Source: a virus
Virus record (IMG/VR): IMGVR_UViG_3300046777_001715
Span: 42,257 to 106,256 of that record
Reading direction: 5' to 3' (one strand)
DNA length: 64,000 nt
Below the pieces are notes generated by a model. That model saw only the letters and a program-made list of their open reading frames with translations, made no database searches and was not told the origin of the DNA. Of this stretch, positions 1 through 10,044 are shown piece by piece. A program made the translations under genes and the position numbers. Position 1 is the first letter of the stretch; every line of letters begins with the position of its first letter.

Positions 1-1
1 T

Positions 2-331
2 GAGGCTGGGATTAAGGACGTAATCAAGGACAACGATCTAGTTGAGGTTGTAACCACAATTAAGTATGATTCTAACACAGAAAGATTGCTTTCAGTAGAG
101 CCATATGTAGATGGAAAGAAAGTGTATTCTGTTAAAAAAGAAAAGCTTTCTCAAGAAGACATTAAGGCAAATATTGAAGCCCACGTAAATTTTGAACTTC
201 TTTCAATGGAGGGCAGAAAAGACAAGGCAGCCAAGGACTATATAAAGGCGCTTGAATCTATTAAAAAGTCAGCAGAGACAATCTCAGAGATTGAATGGCC
301 AAACAAGCCATTGGAGGAATCAGCAGAATAA
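2..331 (+). CDS. Tail-fibre assembly/chaperone-like protein (5' truncated by window)
   Basis: Frame is open from position 2; ends ...EIEWPNKP, typical of tail-fibre chaperone C-termini; stop overlaps next start (TAATG). Confidence 0.5.
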   Translation, partial: EAGIKDVIKDNDLVEVVTTIKYDSNTERLLSVEPYVDGKKVYSVKKEKLSQEDIKANIEAHVNFELLSMEGRKDKAAKDYIKALESIKKSAETISEIEWPNKPLEESAE

Positions 332-1059
332 TGTTAGGTAATCAAAGATCTGTTTTTAGAAGAAATCGTTTTACACAAAGAGGACTACAGCTTTGGGTAG
401 ATGCAGCATTGCCAGGAACAGTTACAAGAGACGGTTCTAATAAAGTTTCTGTTTGGAGAGATAAGACTCTTAACGCTAGAAACTTTTCTCAACCTACAGC
501 AGCTCAGCAGCCAACATATCTTCCTACTGGAATTAATGGTTTGGGAGCAGTTTACTTTGATGGAGCTGCATTTAATATGCCATTCTCAGACCAGGCCATG
601 CCTTACATTGCAAACAGCTCATTTACAATTGCATATGTTGCAACAAAAACAGCTGGAACAGCAAACCAATACGTAATTGGTGGACAAGGAACTGGAACAA
701 GAAACAACCTTATTATGGGATATGTTTCAGCTAACACATATAAGTTTGGTCTAGGAAATGATGATCAGAACGCAATTGTTAACGTTGTTAATGCAGGTGT
801 TCCAGAACTTTATCTAGTAACATTTGACTCAACAACATTTGAAAGAAGAATTAGAAGAAATACAGCAGACGAAGGTCTTGGAGCAGCATCTGGAGCACTT
901 TCAGGAATGTCTGGACAAGCACTTGGAAAGTATCTATCATCATTTGGAAACTTTGCACTAGGAGAACTTTTAATTTATAACAGAGTGTTGACTGCATCTG
1001 AAATTTCAGGCGTTGAGCGTGACATGATGTCAAAGTGGTCAATTTCTTACGGTAGCTAG
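331..1059 (+). CDS. LamG/concanavalin-A-like lectin-fold virion protein
   Basis: LWVDA...W.DK...GELLIYNRVLT..EI..VE..M.KW pattern; start moved to ATG 331 (GGAGG at 313-317, TAATG coupling). Confidence 0.7.
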   Translation: MLGNQRSVFRRNRFTQRGLQLWVDAALPGTVTRDGSNKVSVWRDKTLNARNFSQPTAAQQPTYLPTGINGLGAVYFDGAAFNMPFSDQAMPYIANSSFTIAYVATKTAGTANQYVIGGQGTGTRNNLIMGYVSANTYKFGLGNDDQNAIVNVVNAGVPELYLVTFDSTTFERRIRRNTADEGLGAASGALSGMSGQALGKYLSSFGNFALGELLIYNRVLTASEISGVERDMMSKWSISYGS

Positions 1060-1067
1060 GAGGGGCA

Positions 1068-1424
1068 ATGACAGTATCATATGAGTACTATTCTCCACAA
1101 AGATTTGGAGATCCTACTACACTTACAACAACCCCAGTAAATATTTATACATTTGATGAAAAATCAATTATTAAGCAGCTACTTGTTTCAAATATTTTTA
1201 ATGGCTTGCTAACGTTTTCTTTATATCTTGTACCTTCTGGCCAAGTTCTAAAAGAGCAGTACAAGCTTTTTGGAGATGTGCAGGTTGATGCAAATACAGT
1301 TTTAACAATTGACCTTAATCAGGTTGTATATGATGGTGAGGCTTTATATGCTCACGCAAATGTTGCTAATGGTCTAAACATGATTATTTCTGGAGTGGAA
1401 ATATTTAATCCAGTTGAGTTATAA
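1068..1424 (+). CDS. Small beta-rich hypothetical virion protein
   Basis: AGGAGG RBS; ends ...IISGVEI as in small phage tail-associated proteins. Confidence 0.55.
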   Translation: MTVSYEYYSPQRFGDPTTLTTTPVNIYTFDEKSIIKQLLVSNIFNGLLTFSLYLVPSGQVLKEQYKLFGDVQVDANTVLTIDLNQVVYDGEALYAHANVANGLNMIISGVEIFNPVEL

Positions 1425-1448
1425 ACTAGGGTTAAATGGTGAATACCC

Positions 1449-3740
1449 ATGGCATACAGACAATATGGAAACGTAATAAATACACTAAATATAAAAGCTA
1501 AAAATATATTTAATTGGAACACTAATTATCCAGATACATACGGATACACAAATTTAAACTCAGTAAATGCCCACACAATTATTAAAAGATCTGGAATTAA
1601 AGTTGCTACTGGTACAGGGCAACTTCTTGGATTCGTGCCTTCTTTAATTGGACTAAATTTTGACACAGCATCACTTATTCTTAGAAATGCTGGATTCACA
1701 CCAGACCCAAACTATATATTTTCAAATAGTATAGGCTTTCAGCAATATCTTGCTCAGGGTGGTTATGTTTCTGCACAGGCCCCCGCACCTTCATCATCTT
1801 CTGGAACACTTCTGGCTTTTGGTTCTAGCGTTAGAATGGACGTAATCCTTTATACAACAAATCCAATTGATAACAGCACTGTTCCAAATGCACCGTTATG
1901 GTCAAACGCAACATCTGGAGATTCTTCTGTTACTTTAACATTTTTAACACCAGCAAACGGTGGCTCACCAATTACAAGATATGAATATTCTATAACAAAC
2001 GGAGCAACTTGGATAAATGTAAATCTTCCAATAGATAACACGTTTACGGTTTCAAGTTTAAGTAATGGAGTTAATTACACTTTTTATATTAGAGCAGTTA
2101 ATGCTAAAGGAAACTCTGCATCATCTTCTGGTGTAACTAAAGCTCCTAGCAGCGGAAGTGGTGGAGGTCAGCTAACTGTTCCAGGCGCACCAACATTTAC
2201 AGTGTCATTTATTACCAACACATCATTTAGAATTGATTTAACTCCACCAACAAATAACGGCGGAGCAGAAATTATTAGATACCAGCATACATTAGATAAT
2301 GGAGTTAGCTGGACAAATGATTTTACAAATACAGGACCAATTACAGTTTCTTCATTAAGCCCAGGTTCAACTTTTCAGGTTGGATTAAGAGCTGTTAACT
2401 CTGTTGGAAGCGGAAATTCAAGTCCTATACAATCTGTATCAACAACACAAGTAGTTCCAGATCTTACTGGTATATCTGTAAACTCAGCCAAATCAATTAT
2501 TACAGCTTCTGGTTATGTATATGGAGATGGAACAATCTCTGCTTCAAATAACCAATTTTTTCTTGATTATCCTGGAGGGTATGTTACAGCACAATCTCCA
2601 ACGGCAGGAGCAACCTTAGCTGGCGGCGGAACAGTAAGACTTGACTTTACTCAATATTTGTCAGCACCATCTTTTGGAACGGTTCCAAACGTTATTGGCC
2701 TAACTCTTTCAGAGGCAGTTACAAGAATACAGCAGGCTGGATATTCAAATATATCTTATGTTACAACTTCAGATCCAAACAGAGTCTATCAACAGATTTA
2801 TGCACAAAACCCAGTTTCTGGAACAGCAGCACTTGTTAATACTCAAATTACAATTAGTTATTCAGATTATACTGGATCAATTGCAATTCCAACTAATACA
2901 GTTCTTCCAAGTATTACATATGACAATCTTTATATTGGCTCAAGATTTGCTGCCGTTCCTGGATCTTGGACAGACAGCCCTACATCCTACGCATATCAGT
3001 GGTTTGACTCAAACGGAAACAATTTTATAAACGCCACAAGCGCAACGTTTATTGCAGGTGCTTCAGCAATTTCTAGATCGGTAAGATTAAAGCTTGCAGC
3101 AACAAATGCAGTTGGAACAAGCTCATACGTTTCAGCATTAAATTCCTACGGACCAATTAAAGATTTATTTCAGCCAACATCAATTGAATATGGACTAACA
3201 AATCCAAGACAAAAAACACAGCTTAATATAAGATGGTCTGGAGGAGACGCTCCATTTTATTTTGTTGGTGTGTATAAACCAGGCACCTCTTCTTATGTAA
3301 CAACTAGAATTGTTACAACAGAATCAGCTTCAATAACAGGACTTTTTGAAGGGACAAATTATTACATTCAAATTTTTGCCAACAATAACAATGAATATTC
3401 AACTGGTTCAAAAACAAGTCAAGTTTTGTCAACTGTGTATCCAGCCGCCTCAGCAACACCAGTTCTAAATACAGCCACAAAGTCTGGAAATGCAATTAAT
3501 TTTACAGCAACAAAAGGTTCTAATACTGGAGCTCTTTATATGATATTGGAAACAACATCTGGGGGTTCCGTGTCTAATGCAGTTGCTCAATATTTTGGAT
3601 ATGATCAGTCCACAAACAGTGTTTCTGGTTCATACGATATAACAAATATTGAATCTGGAACATACAGGCTAACTGCTTATGGATGGAATGAAGACTACAA
3701 TACTTCATTAGCTGGTTCTTCTGTACAACTTACGATATAA
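1449..3740 (+). CDS. PASTA- and fibronectin-type-III-domain protein (putative receptor-binding/virion protein)
   Basis: Three PASTA-like units (VPSLIGL, VPDLTGI, VPNVIGL ... Q.P..G..V); FN3 units (P.NGGSPI.RY.Y...L.NG..Y...RAVN..G); no signal peptide. Confidence 0.8.
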   Translation: MAYRQYGNVINTLNIKAKNIFNWNTNYPDTYGYTNLNSVNAHTIIKRSGIKVATGTGQLLGFVPSLIGLNFDTASLILRNAGFTPDPNYIFSNSIGFQQYLAQGGYVSAQAPAPSSSSGTLLAFGSSVRMDVILYTTNPIDNSTVPNAPLWSNATSGDSSVTLTFLTPANGGSPITRYEYSITNGATWINVNLPIDNTFTVSSLSNGVNYTFYIRAVNAKGNSASSSGVTKAPSSGSGGGQLTVPGAPTFTVSFITNTSFRIDLTPPTNNGGAEIIRYQHTLDNGVSWTNDFTNTGPITVSSLSPGSTFQVGLRAVNSVGSGNSSPIQSVSTTQVVPDLTGISVNSAKSIITASGYVYGDGTISASNNQFFLDYPGGYVTAQSPTAGATLAGGGTVRLDFTQYLSAPSFGTVPNVIGLTLSEAVTRIQQAGYSNISYVTTSDPNRVYQQIYAQNPVSGTAALVNTQITISYSDYTGSIAIPTNTVLPSITYDNLYIGSRFAAVPGSWTDSPTSYAYQWFDSNGNNFINATSATFIAGASAISRSVRLKLAATNAVGTSSYVSALNSYGPIKDLFQPTSIEYGLTNPRQKTQLNIRWSGGDAPFYFVGVYKPGTSSYVTTRIVTTESASITGLFEGTNYYIQIFANNNNEYSTGSKTSQVLSTVYPAASATPVLNTATKSGNAINFTATKGSNTGALYMILETTSGGSVSNAVAQYFGYDQSTNSVSGSYDITNIESGTYRLTAYGWNEDYNTSLAGSSVQLTI

Positions 3741-3749
3741 TGGAGAGAT

Positions 3750-5504
3750 ATGTCATACTATCTAAATGTAATAAAAGATAATCCACTAGGCCTCTGGCCA
3801 CTGGATGAGTCTGTATTTACAACAGCAAATGATATCTCTGGGTGCGGAAACCACGGATTGTACAACGGAACATTTAATTCAAATATAATGCCACTGGTGT
3901 ATGGAGGATCCTTTGCTACAAAAATTACCAACACCTCTTCTATTTCTTATAACACAAATAAAAACTTTTATAAAAACGTTGGATTTGGAGGCTTTGCAAC
4001 ATCCGAATATTCAGACAATGATTTTTCTTTAGAGATATGGTTTAAGCAGAATATATCTACCTCTGAGCTTACTCCAATTTTGGGAGATCCTACAAATTCT
4101 ATCGGCTTGTTTTATAAAGACGGAAATATAATTTTTTCTTTAGGTGTGGAGTCTTTAACCCACAAACTTTCTTTTTCACAAAAATCAATGCATATTGTTG
4201 CCAAATATAATGTTCGCACAATGGAAATTTATATTGACGGTACACTTGTGTCCTCAAAGTCTTTGTATAACTTTAAGTTTGCTAATACCTCGGTTTCATT
4301 TATTTCTGGCCCAACAACAAACGTTCTAGATAGCTTTCTTGTAGATGCTCCAGCAATTTATAGATATGGACTTTCAGAAATGCAAGTCTACAAGCATTAC
4401 TATGCTGGCCTAGATCATACTCAGCCAGTCCATGTTGTTGCTCCAGACGATGGTTTGCTTTTGGGATTGCATGGCCAAAACATTGCACCAATATTTGTTT
4501 ATGAATATACTAAAGATTCTCAGTGGCAATTATTCTTAGATGAAAATACATATTATGACGAAAAGAAAAAATATATAGGATTTAATCAAACAGAAGCTGC
4601 AGAGCCTAAGCAATTTACAATTAATGATGTTTTCCACATACCAGCTGGAATACCAATTGTATCTTCCAAAGTTGAATGGAGGGGGGATAAAAATGTTTCT
4701 GTGGAAACATCTTTAGATGGCATAACTTATGAACCATGCATAAATGGATCATCTCTTCCACAATTTAATAAAGAATCATACACTGGCAGCAACATACTTT
4801 ATGTAAGAATAACTATGGTTACACAGGATGCTTCAAAAGATTTACCAAGACTGTCTTTGTTTAAGATTTCTTTTTATTCTAAAAAAGAGTCCTATGCACA
4901 TAATTATGGGTATTACGCAGAATCAAGCAAAGAATACGACCTTGCTAATTTTAGCTACCCAGTTTTACTTAGACACCCAAATGTAGGATTAAAGACAAAA
5001 GGAACTGGTGGATTTAATGTGTCTGTAGACCAAGAGATAAGATCAATTGAGTTTATGTTTACTCCGTCTTCTATTTCAAATAATACAGTTTTTTACTCTT
5101 CCCTATCTGGCTCATACCCAGAAACTAAATTTGGCTGGAATGGGTCTGGATCCCTTAAGTCTAATATATCTAAGGTTTATATAAATGGGGTAGACAAAAC
5201 ATCAGCCTCAAATATTCAAAATGAGTTTGTTGTGAATGAGCCACACCACCTAGTCCTTGTTTTTACAGACCCAATTTTAAATGTATTACAGTTTAATTAT
5301 TTATCTTCCTCAAGTTATGGGCCAGCATGTAATTATCAGAACATAGCTTTGTATAAATATGACCTATCTCAGGCATTAGTCTTAAATCACTACAACCTAT
5401 ATTGTGGCAAACCTGCTATCTCGTCGTCAGATTCGTCACTTCAGCTGACAGAATCTTCAGTATCAACCTACAACCAAGACTATTTAGTAGTCTCTAGCGC
5501 CTAA
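3750..5504 (+). CDS. LamG-domain minor tail protein
   Basis: D.PLGLWPLDE...D.SG.GN.G, FSLEIWF, HIVA, IYIDG, APAIY...L...HY LamG motifs, present twice. Confidence 0.75.
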   Translation: MSYYLNVIKDNPLGLWPLDESVFTTANDISGCGNHGLYNGTFNSNIMPLVYGGSFATKITNTSSISYNTNKNFYKNVGFGGFATSEYSDNDFSLEIWFKQNISTSELTPILGDPTNSIGLFYKDGNIIFSLGVESLTHKLSFSQKSMHIVAKYNVRTMEIYIDGTLVSSKSLYNFKFANTSVSFISGPTTNVLDSFLVDAPAIYRYGLSEMQVYKHYYAGLDHTQPVHVVAPDDGLLLGLHGQNIAPIFVYEYTKDSQWQLFLDENTYYDEKKKYIGFNQTEAAEPKQFTINDVFHIPAGIPIVSSKVEWRGDKNVSVETSLDGITYEPCINGSSLPQFNKESYTGSNILYVRITMVTQDASKDLPRLSLFKISFYSKKESYAHNYGYYAESSKEYDLANFSYPVLLRHPNVGLKTKGTGGFNVSVDQEIRSIEFMFTPSSISNNTVFYSSLSGSYPETKFGWNGSGSLKSNISKVYINGVDKTSASNIQNEFVVNEPHHLVLVFTDPILNVLQFNYLSSSSYGPACNYQNIALYKYDLSQALVLNHYNLYCGKPAISSSDSSLQLTESSVSTYNQDYLVVSSA

Positions 5505-5529
5505 TTTTGTCATTTTAGTTGACAAGATA

Positions 5530-5558
5530 TGGACTTATATAACATGAAATGGTAAAAT
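5530..5558 (+). promoter_or_regulatory. Sigma70-type promoter, leaderless start of portal operon
   Basis: TGGACT-17 nt-TAAAAT with TG extension; ATG 6 nt after the -10. Confidence 0.6.
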
Positions 5559-5564
5559 AAAACA

Positions 5565-5900
5565 ATGGACATTAAAAGCATGAAGAAGCAGATCGTCGAA
5601 GAGACGACTTTGGGCATTTACGTATGGGAAATGCCAGATGGACGATGGATTGGTGACGACGACGGCAACTTCCTTTCTGTTACTTCAATGAAGGGCAACC
5701 GTGTAAAAATGGACATGCTTGCCAGAGAAGTCCGATCTTACGGAATTTATGAGGGGCAGCCAAAATTTCTTTCTGGTCGCAGAAAAATTGACGACGAAGA
5801 ATTTGAGTATCAAAAGCAAAGACTTGAGTGGGGCCTAGTTCCAGATCAGTTAGATATTGGCGTCTATAAAGACGAAATGAAAAAGGCAGGAAATAGATGA
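5565..5900 (+). CDS. Hypothetical protein preceding portal
   Basis: 111-aa ORF coupled to the portal gene. Confidence 0.7.
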   Translation: MDIKSMKKQIVEETTLGIYVWEMPDGRWIGDDDGNFLSVTSMKGNRVKMDMLAREVRSYGIYEGQPKFLSGRRKIDDEEFEYQKQRLEWGLVPDQLDIGVYKDEMKKAGNR

Positions 5901-7489
5901 AAGCTCAATACGAAGAAGACACAGAGTCCCTAGAAAACGAAATCAGATTAAGCACATATGCTGACATGGTTCGTTTTACAAAAGCTCAGGAGTCTGGATC
6001 TCCAGACGAGTTTAAGATTTCTGCAGAAGAGATGCAGAAGATGTCTGGAATGTCTCCAGCGTTTAGAAGAAAGCTTAGCAGAGAACTTTCAAAAGCTTTT
6101 ACTGGAAAAGATGGGGCGGAAACACAGCAGAGCCTTTTAGCACAAGCAATCACAGGGTATGCATTCCTTGATGTTATTGAGCCAGTATATAACCTAGAAT
6201 ACCTTTCAAGACTTTACGAAATCTCTACATATAATTATGCAGCATGTAATGCTAAAACCTCAAACATTGTTGGTCTAGGATATCAATTTTTAGAAACAAG
6301 AAAAACAAACGATGCGCTTGATGGAATCAGCGATGAGAAGCAGTTGGAAAGAGCACGTAGAAAGCTTTCAAAGCTTAAGCAAGATCTTCAAGACTGGCTA
6401 GATCAGTGCAACAGTGAAGACACATTCCAAGAAACTCTGATTAAAGTCTGGACAGATTACGAAGCAACAGGTAACGGATACTTAGAAGTTGGCAGAACTG
6501 TTCGTGGAGACATTGGATATATTGGACATATTCCAGCAAAGACAATGAGAGTCCGAAGACTAAGAGACGGATTTGTTCAGCTTCTTTTTGGTAAGATTGT
6601 TTTCTTTAGAAACTATGGAGACCAAGAAACCCCTAATCCAATTTTGGGTGGGAATGACAGGCCTAATGAAATTATTCACCTTAAGAAGTACACTCCAGTA
6701 AATCAATACTATGGAGTGCCAGACATTGTTGCAGCCCAAAACTCTTTGGCTGGAAATGAATTTGCTGCAAAGTACAACCTTGACTATTTTGAGAATAAAG
6801 CGGTTCCAAGATATATTATTACAGCAAAGGGAGCAAAGCTTTCACCAGAGTCAGAAAGAAAGCTTCTAGAGTTTTTCCAAGTTGGACTTAAGGGAAAAAA
6901 TCACAGATCCCTGTATATTCCTCTTCCAGCAGATACTCCAGAATCTAAGGTTGAATTTAAGATGGAGCCAATTGAGGCTGGCACACAGGAAGGCTCATTT
7001 GATAAATACCGTAAGGCAAATAGAGATGAAATGCTATTGGCTCACCGTGTTCCAATTAACAAGGTTGGAACTCCAGAGGGGGTTAATTTAGCGGTAGCCC
7101 GTGATGCAGATAAGACATTTAAAGAGCAGGTATGTCGTCCAGCACAGATGAGACTTGAAAAGAAATTAAATGCAATTATCGAAGAAAAGACGGATGCTCT
7201 AGTAATTAAATTTAATGAGTTAAGTCTTACTGATGAAGATACTCAGTCTAAGATTGACGAGAGATATTTGAGAATGCAGGTAATTACCCCTAATGAAGTT
7301 AGAATTAGAAAGGGTATGATCCCTCTAGACGGAGGAGACGAAGTCGTAGATTTAAAGGGTGAAGCTGCTGCAGAGCAAACAGCTCAGGCTGGAAAAACTA
7401 GAGCCAGAGATGGAGAAAGAGCAGCAAATTCCCCAGATAAATCTGGAGAAGGTAGAAATGCAAAGGGCGACGGAAGGCAAGTAGAGTAA
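5897..7489 (+). CDS. Portal protein
   Basis: D..ATGNGYLEV.R, NEIIH.K...YYGVP, N..YFEN.AVP, HRVP...G, ITPNEVR...G..P..GGD portal motifs; position before protease and capsid. Confidence 0.9.
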   Translation: MKAQYEEDTESLENEIRLSTYADMVRFTKAQESGSPDEFKISAEEMQKMSGMSPAFRRKLSRELSKAFTGKDGAETQQSLLAQAITGYAFLDVIEPVYNLEYLSRLYEISTYNYAACNAKTSNIVGLGYQFLETRKTNDALDGISDEKQLERARRKLSKLKQDLQDWLDQCNSEDTFQETLIKVWTDYEATGNGYLEVGRTVRGDIGYIGHIPAKTMRVRRLRDGFVQLLFGKIVFFRNYGDQETPNPILGGNDRPNEIIHLKKYTPVNQYYGVPDIVAAQNSLAGNEFAAKYNLDYFENKAVPRYIITAKGAKLSPESERKLLEFFQVGLKGKNHRSLYIPLPADTPESKVEFKMEPIEAGTQEGSFDKYRKANRDEMLLAHRVPINKVGTPEGVNLAVARDADKTFKEQVCRPAQMRLEKKLNAIIEEKTDALVIKFNELSLTDEDTQSKIDERYLRMQVITPNEVRIRKGMIPLDGGDEVVDLKGEAAAEQTAQAGKTRARDGERAANSPDKSGEGRNAKGDGRQVE

Positions 7490-7547
7490 GGATTTTAGTC
7501 AATCATTATTTGCCTTTTTAAGCACAGATTGATAAACTTTATACAGT

Positions 7548-8876
7548 ATGAACATTGAAAAAACAAATTGGTCTAGTAATGGCAATCGCCTGTCTATAGG
7601 CGTCCCATTTAGCAAGGTCAATAAAGAAAATAGAACTGTTTCAGGTTTTGCTACATTGAACAATGTAGACCAAACAGGCGATGTTGTCACAGCGGAAGCG
7701 AGCCTTAAAGCGTTTGAAAACTTTAGAGGCAACATTCGTGAAATGCATCAGCCAATTGCCGTAGGCAAGATTTTGTCATTTAAGTCAGAGACATTCTTTG
7801 ATCCAATCTCAAAATCATTCTATGATGGAATTTGGGTGAGTACATACATTTCAAAGGGTGCTCAAGCAACTTGGGAAAAAGTGCTTGATGGCACTCTTTC
7901 TGGTTTCTCTATTGGCGGCAGAATTAATGATGCAGACACAGAGGTAAACAAGTCAAACGGTGAGTCTGTAAGATTTATTAAAGATTACGATCTTGTCGAG
8001 CTTTCTCTTGTAGACTCTCCAGCAAACGAACTTTGCAATGTTCTTTCAATTGAAAAGGTAAACGGTCAATTGGTATTTAAAGGTCTTGCAGCAGAAACAT
8101 TGGCGGCTAATGTATTTTTCTGTTCATCAGACAACATCGTTGTTTCAGAGACTGTTGAGTCTCGTGATTGCACAGCGTGTGGCAATTCAATGGAGATTAT
8201 TGGTTGGGTTGAAAACAATGAGGTTAATAAGGCGGACGCAGTTCGTTACGTATACGAACAACATATAAATAAGATTTCTAGTTCTGCAAATGAACTTGAA
8301 AACAACACCGAAGTAAATAAAGGAGGTACAACAATGTCAGAAGAAACAACAATGACAGAAGAAACAACAGTTGATGCACCAGTCGCAGAAGCAGTAGCAG
8401 AAGCTCCAGTAGCAGAAGCACCAGCAGCAGAAGAGGCGCCAGCAGTTGCAGAAGAATCAGCACCAGCTGAGGATTCAGTTGCCGCCGATACCGCAGGAGA
8501 ACCAGCAGCAGAAGCAGCTTCAGAAGAGCTTGATTTTGCAAAGATGCTAGGGGACCTTAAGGGCTTCTTGTCCGATACACTTAGCAAGGCAGCAGAAACA
8601 AATGCAGCACAGGTTGCAGAAGTTAAAAACACTGTGGAGTCCTTTAGCAAGAGTGTTGAAGCAAGAATCGTCGATTTGGCAGAACAGCACAATAATTTAA
8701 GCGAGACCGTAAAGGGTATTCGTGAAACAATCGGTTCAGTAGAAAAAAGAATCGACGCAGTAGAGGGCGAGACTGCAATTAAGAAGTCTGCTGACCTTGG
8801 CGGGTCAACAGAGTTTGTAAAGAAATCAAAATGGAGCGGCGCTTTCCTCGGTTCCGTGAACGACATTCTAAATTAA
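7548..8876 (+). CDS. Prohead (capsid maturation) protease fused to scaffold
   Basis: VSGFAT..VDQTGD, IREMHQP, GFSIGG, ELSLVDSPAN HK97-type protease motifs; acidic Ala/Glu linker and coiled-coil C-terminus. Confidence 0.85.
   Translation: MNIEKTNWSSNGNRLSIGVPFSKVNKENRTVSGFATLNNVDQTGDVVTAEASLKAFENFRGNIREMHQPIAVGKILSFKSETFFDPISKSFYDGIWVSTYISKGAQATWEKVLDGTLSGFSIGGRINDADTEVNKSNGESVRFIKDYDLVELSLVDSPANELCNVLSIEKVNGQLVFKGLAAETLAANVFFCSSDNIVVSETVESRDCTACGNSMEIIGWVENNEVNKADAVRYVYEQHINKISSSANELENNTEVNKGGTTMSEETTMTEETTVDAPVAEAVAEAPVAEAPAAEEAPAVAEESAPAEDSVAADTAGEPAAEAASEELDFAKMLGDLKGFLSDTLSKAAETNAAQVAEVKNTVESFSKSVEARIVDLAEQHNNLSETVKGIRETIGSVEKRIDAVEGETAIKKSADLGGSTEFVKKSKWSGAFLGSVNDILN
8334..8876 (+). CDS. 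Nested in-frame scaffold protein
   Basis: Internal AAGGAGGT (8320-8327) 6 nt before in-frame ATG 8334 (MSEETTM...). Confidence 0.6.
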   Translation: MSEETTMTEETTVDAPVAEAVAEAPVAEAPAAEEAPAVAEESAPAEDSVAADTAGEPAAEAASEELDFAKMLGDLKGFLSDTLSKAAETNAAQVAEVKNTVESFSKSVEARIVDLAEQHNNLSETVKGIRETIGSVEKRIDAVEGETAIKKSADLGGSTEFVKKSKWSGAFLGSVNDILN

Positions 8877-8896
8877 AAAGGCAGGTGAAAAAATAA

Positions 8897-9946
8897 ATGA
8901 GCAATGAACTATTAGAAAAGGCAGTAGCAGCAAATACTACTGTATCTACAGGCATGAACGGTGGATCCATTACAGGATCTGGCATTCACGTCGGAGCTAC
9001 CCAAACAGGTGGTCTCCTCAACCCAGAGCAGTCAGCTCGCTTTCTAGATTATGTATTTGATGCAACCGTTATCGGTAAAGTAGCACGTACAGTTAGAATG
9101 AAGGCAGACACAACTGAGATTGATCGTATCGGAGTAGGCGAGAAGTTGATGAGAGTCGCTTCAGAAGCTGAAGATACAGGATCAAACGCAGGCGTTACAT
9201 TCTCCAAGATTTCTTTGACCACAAAGAAGCTTCGTCTTGATTGGGAACTCTCAACAGAGTCTCTAGAAGACAACATCGAAGGTCCAGATCTTGAAGATCA
9301 TATTGCACGTCTTATGGCAACACAGGCAGGTAACGACATTGAAGACCTAGTCCTCAATGGAGATTCCTCACTATCATCAGATAACCTATACAAGGCATTT
9401 GATGGTGTTGTTAAGAGAGCAAAGGGCAATGGACATGTTGTAGATGCAGCGGGAGCTAATATCTCTCGTGCAGTATTCAACAGCGCACTTAAGGCACTTC
9501 CACGTAAGTACAAGCAACGTCGTACAGACCTACGCTTCCTTGCAGGATCTAACCTTATTCAGGACTTCCTATACCAGCAAAGCATTGGTACAAATCAGAC
9601 AATCCCACAAGATATCGCATCAAGCGTTATCCGTGGCGATGTGGCTCCACTTGGTGGACCAGCTGGTTATGTAGCACCATTTGCATTCGGTATTCCAATT
9701 GTTGAAGTTCCACTTCTAAAGGAAACTCAAACTGGTACACATACAGGTGCATCAGGAGATCATGGTGACATCCACCTTTCATTCCCAAATAACGTAGTTA
9801 TTGGAATTAAGCGTGATGTAACTGTATACAGATTCTTCTGGCCACGTAAGGACTCAGTTGAGTACACACTCTACACTCGTGTAGGCGTTCAGATTGAACA
9901 AGCAGATGCTTGGGTAGTCGTAAAGAACGTTAAGGTAGCTTCTTAA
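8897..9946 (+). CDS. Major capsid protein (HK97 fold)
   Basis: GGLLNPEQSARF, LEDNIEG..LEDHI, DLVLNGD, FDG; high-expression codon bias; follows protease/scaffold. Confidence 0.92.
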   Translation: MSNELLEKAVAANTTVSTGMNGGSITGSGIHVGATQTGGLLNPEQSARFLDYVFDATVIGKVARTVRMKADTTEIDRIGVGEKLMRVASEAEDTGSNAGVTFSKISLTTKKLRLDWELSTESLEDNIEGPDLEDHIARLMATQAGNDIEDLVLNGDSSLSSDNLYKAFDGVVKRAKGNGHVVDAAGANISRAVFNSALKALPRKYKQRRTDLRFLAGSNLIQDFLYQQSIGTNQTIPQDIASSVIRGDVAPLGGPAGYVAPFAFGIPIVEVPLLKETQTGTHTGASGDHGDIHLSFPNNVVIGIKRDVTVYRFFWPRKDSVEYTLYTRVGVQIEQADAWVVVKNVKVAS

Positions 9947-9963
9947 TTTAAGGAATTACTATT

Positions 9964-10003
9964 AAAGACCCCTGGAATTTAATTTCGGGGGTCTTTACCT
10001 TTT
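9964..10003 (+). terminator. Intrinsic terminator after capsid gene
   Basis: AAAGACCCC...GGGGTCTTT inverted repeat followed by a T-rich run. Confidence 0.75.
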
Positions 10004-10044
10004 AACATTCAAATGCTATAATTAATGAGAACAAAGGAGAATGT

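Noticed and set aside
295-330. Upstream starts given by the ORF track (also 23424, 37222, 39026, 39250, 45928, 47504, 57036, 60215)
   Set aside because: Downstream ATGs have better RBS, promoter spacing or stop-start coupling, so starts were adjusted
8246-8866. 206-aa minus-strand ORF
   Set aside because: Antisense shadow of the GCA/GAA-rich scaffold region; no RBS or plausible product
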